From assembly GCA_934754335.1 (NCBI GenBank), contig CAKVHY010000001.1, positions 2,484-66,483 on the forward strand: DNA of 64,000 bases. The letters are read 5' to 3'. The notes under the pieces are model-generated. The model saw only the letters and a list, made by a program, of their open reading frames with translations, was not told the origin of the DNA and searched no databases. Shown here one piece after another: positions 31,201-38,062 of this stretch. Each line of letters opens with the position of its first letter. Position 1 is the stretch's first letter. Both the position numbers and the translations under genes were made by a program. This DNA comes from an uncultured Clostridia bacterium. Lineage in GTDB: Bacteria > Bacillota > Clostridia > Christensenellales > UBA1242.

Positions 31201-34200
31201 GAACAAGTTCTCATCTTTATAGTAACCATCAACGATTACATTTTTCATTACGATTGCAATTTTATTTTCTTCACCTTGCAAACCACCAAGTGCACCACCA
31301 ACAATTGACTTGTCTGAAGAACCTGATGGATTATATACATTGAATTTAACATTTGCATAACAATTTTCCAAAACTAAGTTCTTTGCTCTACCAACAAGTC
31401 CGCCAGCCACATAGCCAGTTCCCAAATTCACTACTATATCGCCAAAATACAACTTATTTCTATCATCTTTAGAATAGTTAGCACTTGCAATCTCTCTATC
31501 AACATAAGAATAAACTGAAGAATATCTTATTGCATTTGTTAGAGTTACAACCGAGCCTGAATCATTAGCATTTGTAATATTTAAGCCAACAAGTCCGCCC
31601 ACAGCATCTGAGCCATAAATACCTGTGTTGAAATAACTATAAATATCGTCATTATCAACAAACTGAACTTTAACATTTTCAATTTCACCATAAAAATCGG
31701 AAAGTGCTTCAATATTAAGTTTTTCATCTACGCTTAAATTCAATAGTGGAGCAGTGCCAACTCCTTCACCATTTAAGTTTGTTCCAACCGCACCACCAAT
31801 GTAGTTTGAACCAATTAGCGTTGGCTGAACAACCATGTTTTGAAGACTACCTGCATTCACACCTGCAATGCCACCAATGTTATTGTTTCCATAAATAAAT
31901 GCTCTGATTTGACCAAACGAGATTTCACCTAAGTTTAAGCCAGCCACACCACCTAATGCAAATTTAGATGTGGACGAAACATTGCCAGCACCTGTTAACA
32001 CTGGATTAATGCAAGCATAAACATTAAATTCAGATAAACTACTATCTTTTTCTTCAAATTCAATACTGCTTCCTGTTCCAACAAATCCAACCACGCCACC
32101 AGCCAAAACATTTAAGCCATCGTTCCCTGCAAAGCCAGTGGAAATTTTAACTTTAACTGATGGATTAATAATTTTACCGCCAATTGTAGCACCAGCAAGT
32201 CCACCAATCAAAACATTCTTAACATCGCTTCCAGCATTTATATTTATGCCATTCTGATTATTTGAAAGTGCGTAAACTTTTTGTCCGCTTAAGTCTTCCA
32301 AACCATTGCCATCATCTATATAGCAATTTGAAATTTCTGTATCTATTGCAAGAGCAACTAGCGAACCAACTAACACATTTTCAGAAGTGGCGTTCAAGTT
32401 AATCTTTATATTTTTTATGGCAACGTTTTCAATTTTAGCGCCTTTTGTAACGCCAAACAAACCTATAAATTCAAGATCATCAACATTGTTTAATTCTATA
32501 CTAATGCTTGGAACAGCACCAAATCTTGTTGAGCCAACGAATGAACCAGTAAATGGATTTTCAATTGAACCAATAGGTTTGAAGTTCGAACTAGAAAGCG
32601 TTATATTATTTGCTAAGATATAATTTTCTGCGTAAGCGGAAGTGTTATTAGATAACTTTATCAAATCATCTTCAGTGGCAATTTCATATGGTACTTCTAA
32701 TCCATCTTGAACTTCAATATCTATATTTTTCCATATTGCATAATCGTTATTTCCCATCGCACTATCAATCGCACAAAGTCTTAACACAAACGATGGGGCA
32801 GTGTAACTAGAATTAACTGGCAAACTTACAATCCAAACTTTAACTATCTGATTTTCATTATCCACTTCAGCATCAATGCTTGCATCAAATATTTGAAGTG
32901 CAATATTTTTGTTTTCAGGATTTAAAGGATTTAGAGAATATGAAAATTCAAACGTATTCTTATCGTTTTTCTCGAAATAAACTCTATCTGAGATTATTTC
33001 TTTAACAACAAATTCACGTTTATCAAAACTTATCTTATTCATTGCCACGTCAGGAATAATTTCACTTACAAGTTTTGCATTTGCAACCGTTATCCTTGTG
33101 TGGTTAGAAAATCCTGACTGATAAGAATTTCCATAAAAATCTTCGTACGATTCTTGAACATATGCATAAACATAGAAATATGAACTAAAATCAACGTATT
33201 TATTAATTAATGCGTTATCTCTTAACCTTGTGGTTAGCGTTAGAGTGGTTAAATCATCACTTAGAAGATAAGTAATCACCACACTAATAGAGTTGCCTTC
33301 CAAAACCACTTCGCCAGATTTGTTGTTTTTTCCAATTCGTCCATCACCCGATGAAAGTAAAGAATCACCATTAAGTTTATTTAATAAATTCCAAGTGATT
33401 TCATATTTGCTTTTTACGTCCACAGGGGCAATATTAATTGAAACTTTTGTTGTTCCCTTAGATTCTTTCTCATCAATATTTAATGTATCAAAGGTGAAGA
33501 TTGAAGGATTTGAAGAAGTTGTTTTAACAGAACCTATCAAGGATTTAACATGTACATAGAAAATGAATTTAAATTCCTTTTGACTAGGCTCTTGGCTTAA
33601 ATTATCTTCTTCCCAAGAATAACCACGAATTGTGATTTCAATTTCCGTTTTATATGCAGAAATATTTTTTGCGATAATATTTTTACTTTGCACCAAAACG
33701 CTTTCAGGTGCTGAACTTAAAATCCTATAACTCGTGTAACCTTTATTAATATCTAGAGTGTAACTAAGTCCGCCATCTTTAAACTTAATTGCCACAGTTT
33801 GCTTATTGCCAACCAACGCAGAATATTCGTTATATTCTCCGTTATCATACATGCCCTTTTCTTTAATCTCAAGCATCTCTTTATCTGCATAACTTCCAAG
33901 TTCTGCCACCAAGTTTTCCGACTTTAAATTCATTAAAACTTTAACTGTTAGTTTGAAGACATAACCATTAGGCGTTTGAACTGTAACCACGCTAGAACCA
34001 AGTTTAACTTTCAATACTTTGATGCTAAATCCTGTTAAAGTTTTATTGCCAATCTCGATTATTTCATTATCGCTATTTGAGAATTTAAAGTTATCTATTT
34101 TCAAATCGGAATATTTTGAATCCACTTGACCATCTATTCCAATCCATGATGGATTTCTATTTGGATTGTTTACTTCTAAGAAGTTGAATGTGATAGGAGC

Positions 34201-35823
34201 AGTGGACAAGAAATCCAAATAGATTGTGGCTTCGCTATCGCCAAGAGTTGACCACTTAACATCGTCTGGAACAATCTTAATATTTATCTCTTTATATATT
34301 TCTCCCATTGTAACAGATTTAAATCTAACTCTGCAATCCGTTATGCTAGTGGAACTATTAACCGTTCTTAAATAAAGTTGTGTTCCACTTTGAAGAACTG
34401 CCCCATTGCTTACTTTTTCATAAGTTGAGCCCTTTCTTTGAACAAACTCTAATTCGCCATTATCATCTAGAATTTCACATGTAAATCTTTCCAAATCCAA
34501 TTGATTTCTATCAGGGCCTAAAACACTTACAAATATTGGAGTTCCTGCCAACTTATTTGAATATGTGTTATAAACATAAACAGAATCGGACGAACCAATT
34601 TCTTTTCCATTTTCAGATTCATAAACTCCAATATCTTCTGGGAACGGAGAAACTTCCACCTGCAATGAAATAACAATATCTTCAAAATAACTTTCAAAGC
34701 CTAGGAAATTTACATAAAATTTAACAATTTCTGGCGCAATAATATTTTTATGAACTATATTAAATACTCCGCCATTTTCACCCGTTACTTTTGAAACATC
34801 TATGAAATTAGAAGAAGATGAAACTAAAGAAGAATTATCTTTTTCCTTCTCTGTTTTTATAGAATACTTTGTGGAAGTGGATAAATGCTCCGATATGTAC
34901 AAGTAATTTAATGCATTCACTTTCTCTTTGCCATAGTCATACATAAAAGCAAGCGATGCCTTACAACTTTCTTCATAATTTGTGGAAAGTTTTAATACAT
35001 AATAACCATTGGCTTTATCATATTCCAAACTTGGCTTACTATTTAAAGTTAGATTTTGAATTTGTAATTTATTTAAATCAAAAAGAGTTAGAACTTTAAA
35101 CGTTGCAGGATTTGTAACCTTCTCTTCACCTGCTTCGTTTTTATATCTTGCAACTATTTGGAAACTATCAACATTAGAGTTTTCGCCAACAGTGATTTTT
35201 GTGCCATTAATCACCACTCCATTAACTTGCGTGTTATTAACAAATTCAAATTTAATACTATCTTTTTGATTTGTGTTTGCTGGAAGGAAATTCAAATAAT
35301 CATAAGCGGAAGTTCCATTTAACAATTCTTCAGTTATATTTGTAGTTTTTCCTTTTAAAATCGGAAGATTTTCATTACCAAAACTTAATTCGTTAATAGG
35401 AATAACCACAAAAACCTTAAACGATTGTTTTAATCCGCCTTCTTTTGAAATAAAATTAATCGTGGCATATCCACCGTTCTTCGCAATAAAAGAAGCAGAT
35501 GTTTCTTCTCCTGAATGAGAAACGCTTTCACCATCTGTGGTTAAAAATTCTATAACATCGCTTGGTTGCTCAATAGAGATATCCACGCTCCTATCAATAG
35601 AAGCATCTCCGCCTGTAACACGAGCAGTTAGCGTGAAGGTGGACGAAGAAGAAGTGAGAACAAACTCATTTCTATTCGTTTCTTCATTAAACGTAACTGA
35701 AGACGAAACAATCTCCATTTTTAAATTTCTATATGGATTTCCGCAAGACATTAAGCCTAGCCCTGAAACCATAAACACAACAAAAATAAATAATAGATTT
35801 TTCGCAAGTTTTTTCATTTCCAT
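16234..35823 (-). CDS. giant (6,529 aa) surface lipoprotein with Ig-like domains and multiple GLUG-motif/beta-helix modules
   Basis: Single uninterrupted ORF of 19.6 kb. Signal peptide with a lipobox-like LMSC. The N-terminal ~1,000 aa are Ig/Big_2-like. At least six modules each open with a cap of the type Y-x-I-x-T-x-x-E/D-L...Y-x-L-x-x-D-I-x-L...W-x-P-I-G...F-x-G, followed by dozens of (V/I)GG(L/I)(V/A/I)G repeats. No LPXTG or C-terminal TM. Confidence 0.85.
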   Translation of the reverse strand: MEMKKLAKNLLFIFVVFMVSGLGLMSCGNPYRNLKMEIVSSSVTFNEETNRNEFVLTSSSSTFTLTARVTGGDASIDRSVDISIEQPSDVIEFLTTDGESVSHSGEETSASFIAKNGGYATINFISKEGGLKQSFKVFVVIPINELSFGNENLPILKGKTTNITEELLNGTSAYDYLNFLPANTNQKDSIKFEFVNNTQVNGVVINGTKITVGENSNVDSFQIVARYKNEAGEEKVTNPATFKVLTLFDLNKLQIQNLTLNSKPSLEYDKANGYYVLKLSTNYEESCKASLAFMYDYGKEKVNALNYLYISEHLSTSTKYSIKTEKEKDNSSLVSSSSNFIDVSKVTGENGGVFNIVHKNIIAPEIVKFYVNFLGFESYFEDIVISLQVEVSPFPEDIGVYESENGKEIGSSDSVYVYNTYSNKLAGTPIFVSVLGPDRNQLDLERFTCEILDDNGELEFVQRKGSTYEKVSNGAVLQSGTQLYLRTVNSSTSITDCRVRFKSVTMGEIYKEINIKIVPDDVKWSTLGDSEATIYLDFLSTAPITFNFLEVNNPNRNPSWIGIDGQVDSKYSDLKIDNFKFSNSDNEIIEIGNKTLTGFSIKVLKVKLGSSVVTVQTPNGYVFKLTVKVLMNLKSENLVAELGSYADKEMLEIKEKGMYDNGEYNEYSALVGNKQTVAIKFKDGGLSYTLDINKGYTSYRILSSAPESVLVQSKNIIAKNISAYKTEIEITIRGYSWEEDNLSQEPSQKEFKFIFYVHVKSLIGSVKTTSSNPSIFTFDTLNIDEKESKGTTKVSINIAPVDVKSKYEITWNLLNKLNGDSLLSSGDGRIGKNNKSGEVVLEGNSISVVITYLLSDDLTTLTLTTRLRDNALINKYVDFSSYFYVYAYVQESYEDFYGNSYQSGFSNHTRITVANAKLVSEIIPDVAMNKISFDKREFVVKEIISDRVYFEKNDKNTFEFSYSLNPLNPENKNIALQIFDASIDAEVDNENQIVKVWIVSLPVNSSYTAPSFVLRLCAIDSAMGNNDYAIWKNIDIEVQDGLEVPYEIATEDDLIKLSNNTSAYAENYILANNITLSSSNFKPIGSIENPFTGSFVGSTRFGAVPSISIELNNVDDLEFIGLFGVTKGAKIENVAIKNIKINLNATSENVLVGSLVALAIDTEISNCYIDDGNGLEDLSGQKVYALSNNQNGININAGSDVKNVLIGGLAGATIGGKIINPSVKVKISTGFAGNDGLNVLAGGVVGFVGTGSSIEFEEKDSSLSEFNVYACINPVLTGAGNVSSTSKFALGGVAGLNLGEISFGQIRAFIYGNNNIGGIAGVNAGSLQNMVVQPTLIGSNYIGGAVGTNLNGEGVGTAPLLNLSVDEKLNIEALSDFYGEIENVKVQFVDNDDIYSYFNTGIYGSDAVGGLVGLNITNANDSGSVVTLTNAIRYSSVYSYVDREIASANYSKDDRNKLYFGDIVVNLGTGYVAGGLVGRAKNLVLENCYANVKFNVYNPSGSSDKSIVGGALGGLQGEENKIAIVMKNVIVDGYYKDENLFAGGFIGDASGIMTGAKVTILSGDANYSTIKTYKCGSENYGAYNIINSYSLLKVYGGNQVVQNFAGVNEYKTEKVEQKIDLVKFERTYFDKTEVTNLTEAKVVVKNILGLDLTMIDSGVFANAMNGYKFVIDDAEINAESFDGWCTLLSNLQYKLVLTIKEVGGKSIATKVQTLYYTAYENLPSYAKLGDGGLKGNFSNAISSVTLSKEYKIPNVVTLNSYYIGFETYILTKTADGVVISENVITIDEALAKNGSVSINSFKAQTNGDYIAYLSAENRICYIRESDALRCDENGIASNTGKFIKIAGKLYYYENVQRFNRVSTQIKLYQDNVFFTNLIVSNIKFYSNFVSSSWNMAIINSVDNETGWDKTNGKPDKLEDLDYYLSSETNNGFPLLLGAEKEKNGKVQFIIDLPPKNLSVECGYVDKTYPSEGETEIGTIVKVIETEEIKEESYDALTNKVIAKKVQTEIKEDEITLSYYSVDTNRLPLRFGYYDFNHDGNLEKVTQNEKIFTAHLNALITLKNRYLLSDLVKAVATPSFISSSELNIKSNSNLVAIVNEDGKNYLIVKGTGVAELTITSKLNSEFSKKIRLNIINAISNVEIYKDSSRTTLLGTATENSIPSLNIIKNSSAGLYFGLGEYLTTKDGVDKTLIKLYGNVPLENNTYFDFGVRFYILSEDGIYHEGLNGIPDGFSINNQLFKLNAVEGKGNLIYVDCDNASEAVISGLSATTYSLMAVPYVKIDENTRVLIYKEGKELSEKSGDRFNINILNGTKSLSTIIDSETNPFSPSSFETTITTDNANAKLYISVQNDKNKFMELKSFGEVGEGYSFETVDSIHDDFTGKDIDAYTTDKGTSTLSGSLVYELPQEDNLFEGFIVDKFRVSLTSIVRFDKEHNAIENETDYYLTKYIKYSFTITVLDEYKYYITKTEKLKFSLFTLVNNSEKYGDSDGRIETVSFDYSINPQDVEKVTLSHYADITLQSYDVVTGKPNVITGINQSFISNTLVCGQPGLLHINIHPGYSKVDSLTISSNVVNGYSISLEQMYANYISNQNGSTNDKYLFGGYYTSIADDNGNVEVSRTLGLKQISFGYQSEGLTNFEYNGNYYVKTSIPTFNDASIKFELSVVGYTDGKKVIDEKLIISPQLTPDLEFTSNGQTDRAVAIGTEVELTVKTNGTLDESKLFNLTVDKDVEDLITGKSYSLQDEAVVRYIYERSISRDNDGITYRFYIPYNRDIIGEEFSLEVTSYKIINNNRYESKKKVSFIISEFVVNNVLAERVEQNSSGGYELNGNYNQEYALRAVIDASYVSYKDLTGMFGSSLGNSNDEIVAKADTILANIRKDIAKMEALITSKGLFGEYISLEDLIKTEGADSLNLISTWQNQASNFGETEILTSTFDSLAENIDKYSKLQNVLSKPAVVSEGYYQFKSAYWKYVGANGLETLSVDGNSGYNGIQITNARASRINTGISVPTGKNTTMELLEPYATLNVRVTNINTTAKIALCVQIAYGKDANGKTCVGLIDNLEENRKENKYSEDFECEFGFNAIQLSNEENPEPIYTVEELKNMQAGGHYILMEDLELEYWEPLNTAIASLDGNEYVLRLKSFNDFRTSGETNIGLFGTVSENTLLKNIILEVVPANRNFDDTAEIKNSDGDINVLVNDLSKVKFGLIAGENKGTITNAYITYDADSYREERDGLVQRTDKSSYYSEYKKQNPLLDASNRTTSIVKVSSNVISSSEDIRIGGVIGVNSGFVTNSAIENISIIGNIYVSGFACENASGGKISSSYFKGGNIYNISEKGAGTYASNGTAGFTIFNSGEINYSYVYGREITSGELDKTPNISGITADTVLENNATFGDRYVGLRYTYNSITNGTNAQLKTFLNEQTDFKLDYTNMLNQRAIGAVINSAGNASGFVYSNSGVVTNSYSNILILASGSSGFVFANNASASINNSFTLSSVQTNDTYHKPFTGVVFEGSTSTSLNNGDIENSYYLQVNNNDYQQLFDIYNALHSMDTTSDEFKEKYGELYYGSENQLGLQQIFSTTGSAGDGEQKLEFVVNGGALFTDPFGSGDSTAIGLSSIEFSAYTSFATYSFNSDYALNGTEDNEKLASAVWFIPTLDTNEASENTAIAKYFKHSSYTSRVPQLVSANLKTMSLRKANFIPQLPSNSDMKEVLETLSSDMGYARVKSRLLESGDGYPGNGVSNKEIFIGLIGNGSSASTNENENYICGYANQLGEAIINAYISVKNPLITSDLIISGNNTIQNIMNNYFINRIDYTGTVSSAGASELSDKDILEILIVAINSINAIDETSDSSYTYSYVQKSSKDVNIIYGESVLNPYLITSAEKFNVYSLQINSLGEETTLDQDAYLRFVKDIYFDNVLQSVKTYKLTFRGDLEGNGMTIQDLKIVAENEKVQAERIEEIGLFKVLKGEEDGLRGASVRNLNLDIDTISATAVKYVGALAGRIEGGDIENIQILGDDDSIINGFNATGGLTGKISGRYDKENNPSVYTIVTNIKSSVSVKSNMYTGPANRYSSKTDDPSHRFNLYTYSYEIVDEKEQYISNIDEVSYAGGIAGILEADYVDLGNDVVSNANIRSNQVTGNVTLRGEVVGGLFGYVGKNSLISNSKLVVSENTRIVASAIGGGLVGHLEGDITSSEVTHAKQTSIDAEIYNKVQEFDPNNSKSTISLKWGVAQGDSEDTFEGENTALFGATSANAHYIGGLAGLTYGGDIAFSYNRVDVASINSKFAGGLVGLSIGISLKDVYTTSSVFSFVSYGGIIGLQTMQDINGELLDADKNNDYYIKNWKSVQRENVNTTISLSSVVGANLWKEDHKVVNRKTYRIDAFQAEIGAFIGRAMSYNTQNAYCRDKDEDGNPIDEWYDSSNNPTNQRVKSESVYFMMAFAKSNTERLILEIGNATSVKAVLGGKDDLKIIGEYQGDDDREKEYLVRNLTKYTLFGGSTSETITYAYSGDFSSKLKNAGVEGNNDEDFNYYRFSRLANYGSFRTIKEIINGKYMLSETRVGGLTARIYDKQYINQITKEGVTEEDLNSHYIERNSANNELGEYDLTKLLIDVTADEKESSLSNKNSSRTQNIYDNWRQDAWFGVSMSDTTGIRSENQKYVFPRVRTKVYEDVIYVQTIFDLVNNTNNYPSKTYVLLNDINMDDYTEDWEPLNNGGNAFSGVIKSYNNSKIYNVRAPIFANADGATFKDFGIETANRAGGISYNGDNFGVLVNSAKDTKFMNLTISVTAGISTRAQNVGGMVGLLEGDKSRIEQVIINFTSGALTISRENANAGLVVGHIAENSEQIVVVAGATGNIALNGDKNNASVGGLIGKAEGPVYISGYAQTNIVGGNVEASNIGGFIGYGRSIVIYSSATGTGNISLNNANNSNIGGLVGYFEGLEQVENKNSLGIVIQKSVNNLNLIVKDGYGDKIGGLVGAIKSNDKLTDSVVVTYSSGSISAKPMNGSDFNTIGGLFGSINETLPEGAIGGDGITIESSYSLSKIGVLKEEANVGGIIGEYLKNGNREDGKFKNICYVYDFVPNFNGYGSPRSYQEFVSGELSGLNLTNIENAEWVEGSNNGKIMTYPIIKDMMLALQTSSRNNQHVVITADKTELSNNNYSAICYTGTSLPNDWALSNKTIYLLANIQQDAKTVTLDNLSVVIGLKDGGITSLTNNGIISEANVNNLQSFNGVFIKSRITTEDKNIFDNDKTMYNSYMVHGSSYDYRNDKNQQVKFDDIKNIDLKAFLNDYEEGKNQAQFDFDSIWALNKNRIVELRWLISLDQTWINYQEDYTKTGSVYEIATASELAKFANDWNNGTIKSGMVRLTADIDLSDYIWTPIGTVDKPFSAKFDGNNKRISGINVTNNLAVFVGNNVTKVSENNVGLFGYISNAIIQNLNLTEGIIFATGEGSSAGAVIGSNRGASTLTRVQVLSLDESGSERVRVYGDVAGGMIGTSADQPHLKECAFEGMVYGETAGGFVGSAKAGVRFTDCYVSNGNIKNTINARNIEGKINSGALFGYAENNFNVWVDGVVYITTEIERLSSGRNVNHAGINGKIYTISNLNLAGDEKVKNIDSNTLQTSNTIEGFKFGQVWCRVGGKNNGYPVYFDYWIYGAKVPEYEEYYNADDIQQAELDRLDEFKNKGIINITLPSELAWISRITMKNAGTFEGIEIRILKDLSFSTKVWNAIGSADCPFKGTMYGYDSVENKKVQRTISNLTVNDGGLFNVTENATIEYIHLSNTVSASLDQEYAGLLICNALGETTISQVISDGNLTLKDTAKIVGGLIGNAVNITLKNCTNNTKINYTKADYIGGLVGNVAGNLIIENCTNSSTLTGGYVGGLVASVMGKVEIKNSTNSGKISATQSAGGLVAVIGNASNANQVVIENCTNEANVSSSGEIARVGGLVGDMVSFYSDSTSVSIKNCKNTGSITGKKGCVGGLIGMLHADSVVIEGVSGETTNSGVIRSSGGTIGSIAGSIDATKITLTNLRNSASVVANGNYVGGLVGYMSCEELIANNLTNSGTILSGNGVNKFVGGIFGLVGSGYEYDVNTNDYKIFESNLNKVELTNIVNAGNVIARNSSYVGGIAGSMVAKEVQAKDIKNSGNTQGQNYIGGLFGYVQNITIQGENGFENEDEILYNEFEKDANGDFVLDENTGYRNIEGTSTIQNYYKTLNSGMVQGANYVGGFIGLGMKTNVYGKQVGSSVYYLRNSGEVAGNSYVGGIVGKLNHSANSKDYFEKLSETESNSEYKPDFNYEENSLKYLINEGKITANSLVGGIAGDAVSINEVLVNKGIIQLNGASVSYAGGIFGSLKGKLNIAKNLGNIINEENASLDKVGGIIGDLSVFGELKSILGVPTWVFDAGITEVKNLQNLGSLIVDDTYTGALIGMSHLVGTKTQFGYNNDKIVSQSMAGNNLDNSFENVKLFGGKGNKDIEGKNDVNLITFAWANSNSQHNTTISFINSYQWKFTSVKDTDGNDYQSIDLVLYKF

Positions 35824-35930
35824 TTTTCCTTTGCTATTATGTTTTGTAAATTCAAAACAATTATTTAATTTATATATAATATTATATATACATAAATTTA
35901 AAATTCAAAATAAATTTAAGCATCGATAAC

Positions 35931-35960
35931 AAAAAAAGAAAAGTTTTATTCAAACTTTTC
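35931..35960 (-). terminator. ypeB terminator
   Basis: GAAAAGTTT-loop-AAACTTTTC followed by a T-run on the minus strand. An additional hairpin sits at 35967-35986. Confidence 0.65.
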
Positions 35961-35987
35961 CGATTTTAGAAATGTTTACATTTCTAA

Positions 35988-37322
35988 CTAAAATAACAAA
36001 TCTCCATTTTCCGTATGCACCACTCTCATAATATTTAATTCTTCGCCAGTGCTAGAATCTAGATAAACATAATATGTGTAATCCTTCCATGTACAAACAT
36101 ATTCATAAGCAAAACTTTCGCCCACATATTTATTTGGAATGATTGAATAGTTTCTTTCAACCACAGTTAGTTCGGAGTTTAACAGTTTTTGTGCTTCCGT
36201 TATTCCAAGCCCATCAACAAATGCATTTCTTAAAACATGATTATATGCATAATTTGTGGCTTCCAATCCAACCACCACTCCGCTTGATTTATCCACCTTC
36301 ACCTTGATTAAATCTGGATAATAAATAACACCTTCTATAACTGGAGCGAAATTGAAATAGTAATCAGTGGCAGTGGCTTGGCTCCAAACTTCATACATAT
36401 TTTCAAAACCAAACTCATTTAAGATTTTCTTAGACAACTGCTTTGCATTATCTTTTGTGATTGCAGTACTTTTTTCATCAGTACTTGAAACTATAGATAA
36501 AAGTTGACCCCCCATTTTTGTCAATTGAACATATAATTTCATATCACCTTTCTTCAAGTAAAAATTATATGTTTGAATTTTACCTTCACCTTCGCCAACA
36601 TACTCAATCGAATAGCCTTCATAATACTTTAACAACACTTGCATTTTTTCTAGTGCTTGAACTTTTGTGATTTTTGCACCAGCAAGCCCTTTCACTTCCT
36701 TATTCACAACGCTATCTGAAAATGGTCCATCAAATATAAGCGAAGGAACTTTGCTTGAAGGATTTTCAATATTAACAAATCCTGCATCAAACTTAGATTC
36801 GTTCTCATGATTAAAATCCACATTATCTAAAATTGAATAATCTGAATTTAAACTAGAGATAAAATTGTTTAAGTCATAAAGAGTTTGTCTGCTCTCGTCA
36901 AATAAATCTGAAATATTTTGAAAATCTGCAGAACCCAAACTTTCACCTTTTTTCAATCTATTAACAAGGCTAACAACATATCCGCCAACCACATTGATAT
37001 GATTATTCACTTTAGTTAGTTTTTCATTTTGAATTGGCAACGCATTTAGATTTGCTCCAGCCGAAACACATGCCACATAAATACCTTCTAAAATCTCTTC
37101 TTGCTTAGAACTAGAATTTGTGGCAACCACCTTACTCATCTCCAAACTAATTGATTCAATATTATCTACCAACTCATAGAAATTCTTTTGATAAACATTT
37201 TCTAATTGCATCGTGTATTTATTATTTTGCACCACCAAAGACACGCTCAAAACGCATACAGCAACGAAACTAAAAAAACTAACCAAACTTAATATTAATA
37301 TTGCAACATTTTGCCTACTCAT
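35988..37322 (-). CDS. ypeB: germination protein YpeB
   Basis: N-terminal TM helix, then LENVYQKNFYELVDNIESISLEMSK, which is characteristic of YpeB. PepSY-like C-terminal repeats. Lies immediately downstream of sleB. GGAG RBS before the ATG at 37322. Confidence 0.8.
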   Translation of the reverse strand: MSRQNVAILILSLVSFFSFVAVCVLSVSLVVQNNKYTMQLENVYQKNFYELVDNIESISLEMSKVVATNSSSKQEEILEGIYVACVSAGANLNALPIQNEKLTKVNNHINVVGGYVVSLVNRLKKGESLGSADFQNISDLFDESRQTLYDLNNFISSLNSDYSILDNVDFNHENESKFDAGFVNIENPSSKVPSLIFDGPFSDSVVNKEVKGLAGAKITKVQALEKMQVLLKYYEGYSIEYVGEGEGKIQTYNFYLKKGDMKLYVQLTKMGGQLLSIVSSTDEKSTAITKDNAKQLSKKILNEFGFENMYEVWSQATATDYYFNFAPVIEGVIYYPDLIKVKVDKSSGVVVGLEATNYAYNHVLRNAFVDGLGITEAQKLLNSELTVVERNYSIIPNKYVGESFAYEYVCTWKDYTYYVYLDSSTGEELNIMRVVHTENGDLLF

Positions 37323-37399
37323 ATTTCTCCTTTTTATATTTTTTGACAATAAACTACACATTTACGTCAAAATATCACATATTCAAACCATAAAACAAA

Positions 37400-38050
37400 T
37401 TATAACGCAAAAACATGATTTCCAATTGTTAAGACCACCTGCCTGCTATAAATCCAACTACTCGTTGCCACTTTAGGATTGTAATAAAACAAACAACCAT
37501 AAGTTGGGTCCCAACCATTTAATGCATCTTGAGCCGCTTTATATGCAGTTTGATCGGGCTCCAAATTTATCTGACCATCATTCACTGCAGTAAATGCCCA
37601 AGGTTGATAAATCACGCCATAAACAGTATTTGGAAAATCTGGACTATCCACTCGATTTAATATTACTGCTCCAACTGCCACCATGCCTTCATAAACTTCC
37701 CCCCTTGCTTCAGCATGAATACATTTTGCCAGCAAATACAAATCGTTATTATTTTGAGTACCTATATTTATTCCCAAAGCATTTGCAGTTGCACCATCAA
37801 TCACACCACTTTGCGTTAAGCCATGCTTTCTTTGGAAGTACATAACTGCATTAATTGTGGCTTGGTCATTTACACCAGTGATAGCACCATCATAATAACC
37901 CCAATCTTTCAATCTTATTTGCACTTCTTCATAATCAACCGCACTTGCCCAAAGAGTATTTTTAGTTGGCAAAACTGAAAATATAAGCACCAAAGTTAGA
38001 AGAAATATTAAAACAAACGAAGCCGAAATTCCAATCAAATATTTTTTCAT
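37400..38050 (-). CDS. sleB: spore cortex-lytic enzyme SleB
   Basis: Signal peptide, a PG_binding_1 repeat (VQIRLKDWGYYDGAITGV...TANALGI) and a Hydrolase_2 core (LLAKCIHAEARGEVYEGMVAVGAVILNRV...YQPWAFTAV). Confidence 0.85.
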   Translation of the reverse strand: MKKYLIGISASFVLIFLLTLVLIFSVLPTKNTLWASAVDYEEVQIRLKDWGYYDGAITGVNDQATINAVMYFQRKHGLTQSGVIDGATANALGINIGTQNNNDLYLLAKCIHAEARGEVYEGMVAVGAVILNRVDSPDFPNTVYGVIYQPWAFTAVNDGQINLEPDQTAYKAAQDALNGWDPTYGCLFYYNPKVATSSWIYSRQVVLTIGNHVFAL

Positions 38051-38062
38051 TAAATCACCTTT

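Noticed and set aside
16562-35929. Numerous plus-strand ORFs (60-130 aa) inside the giant gene, for example 26174-26497, 33293-33559 and 35537-35929
   Set aside because: They are antisense to a continuous 19.6-kb ORF that has coherent repeat and domain structure. Their translations are low-complexity (S/P/I/F-rich), as expected from the reverse strand of GGxxG-type repeats, and none has an RBS.
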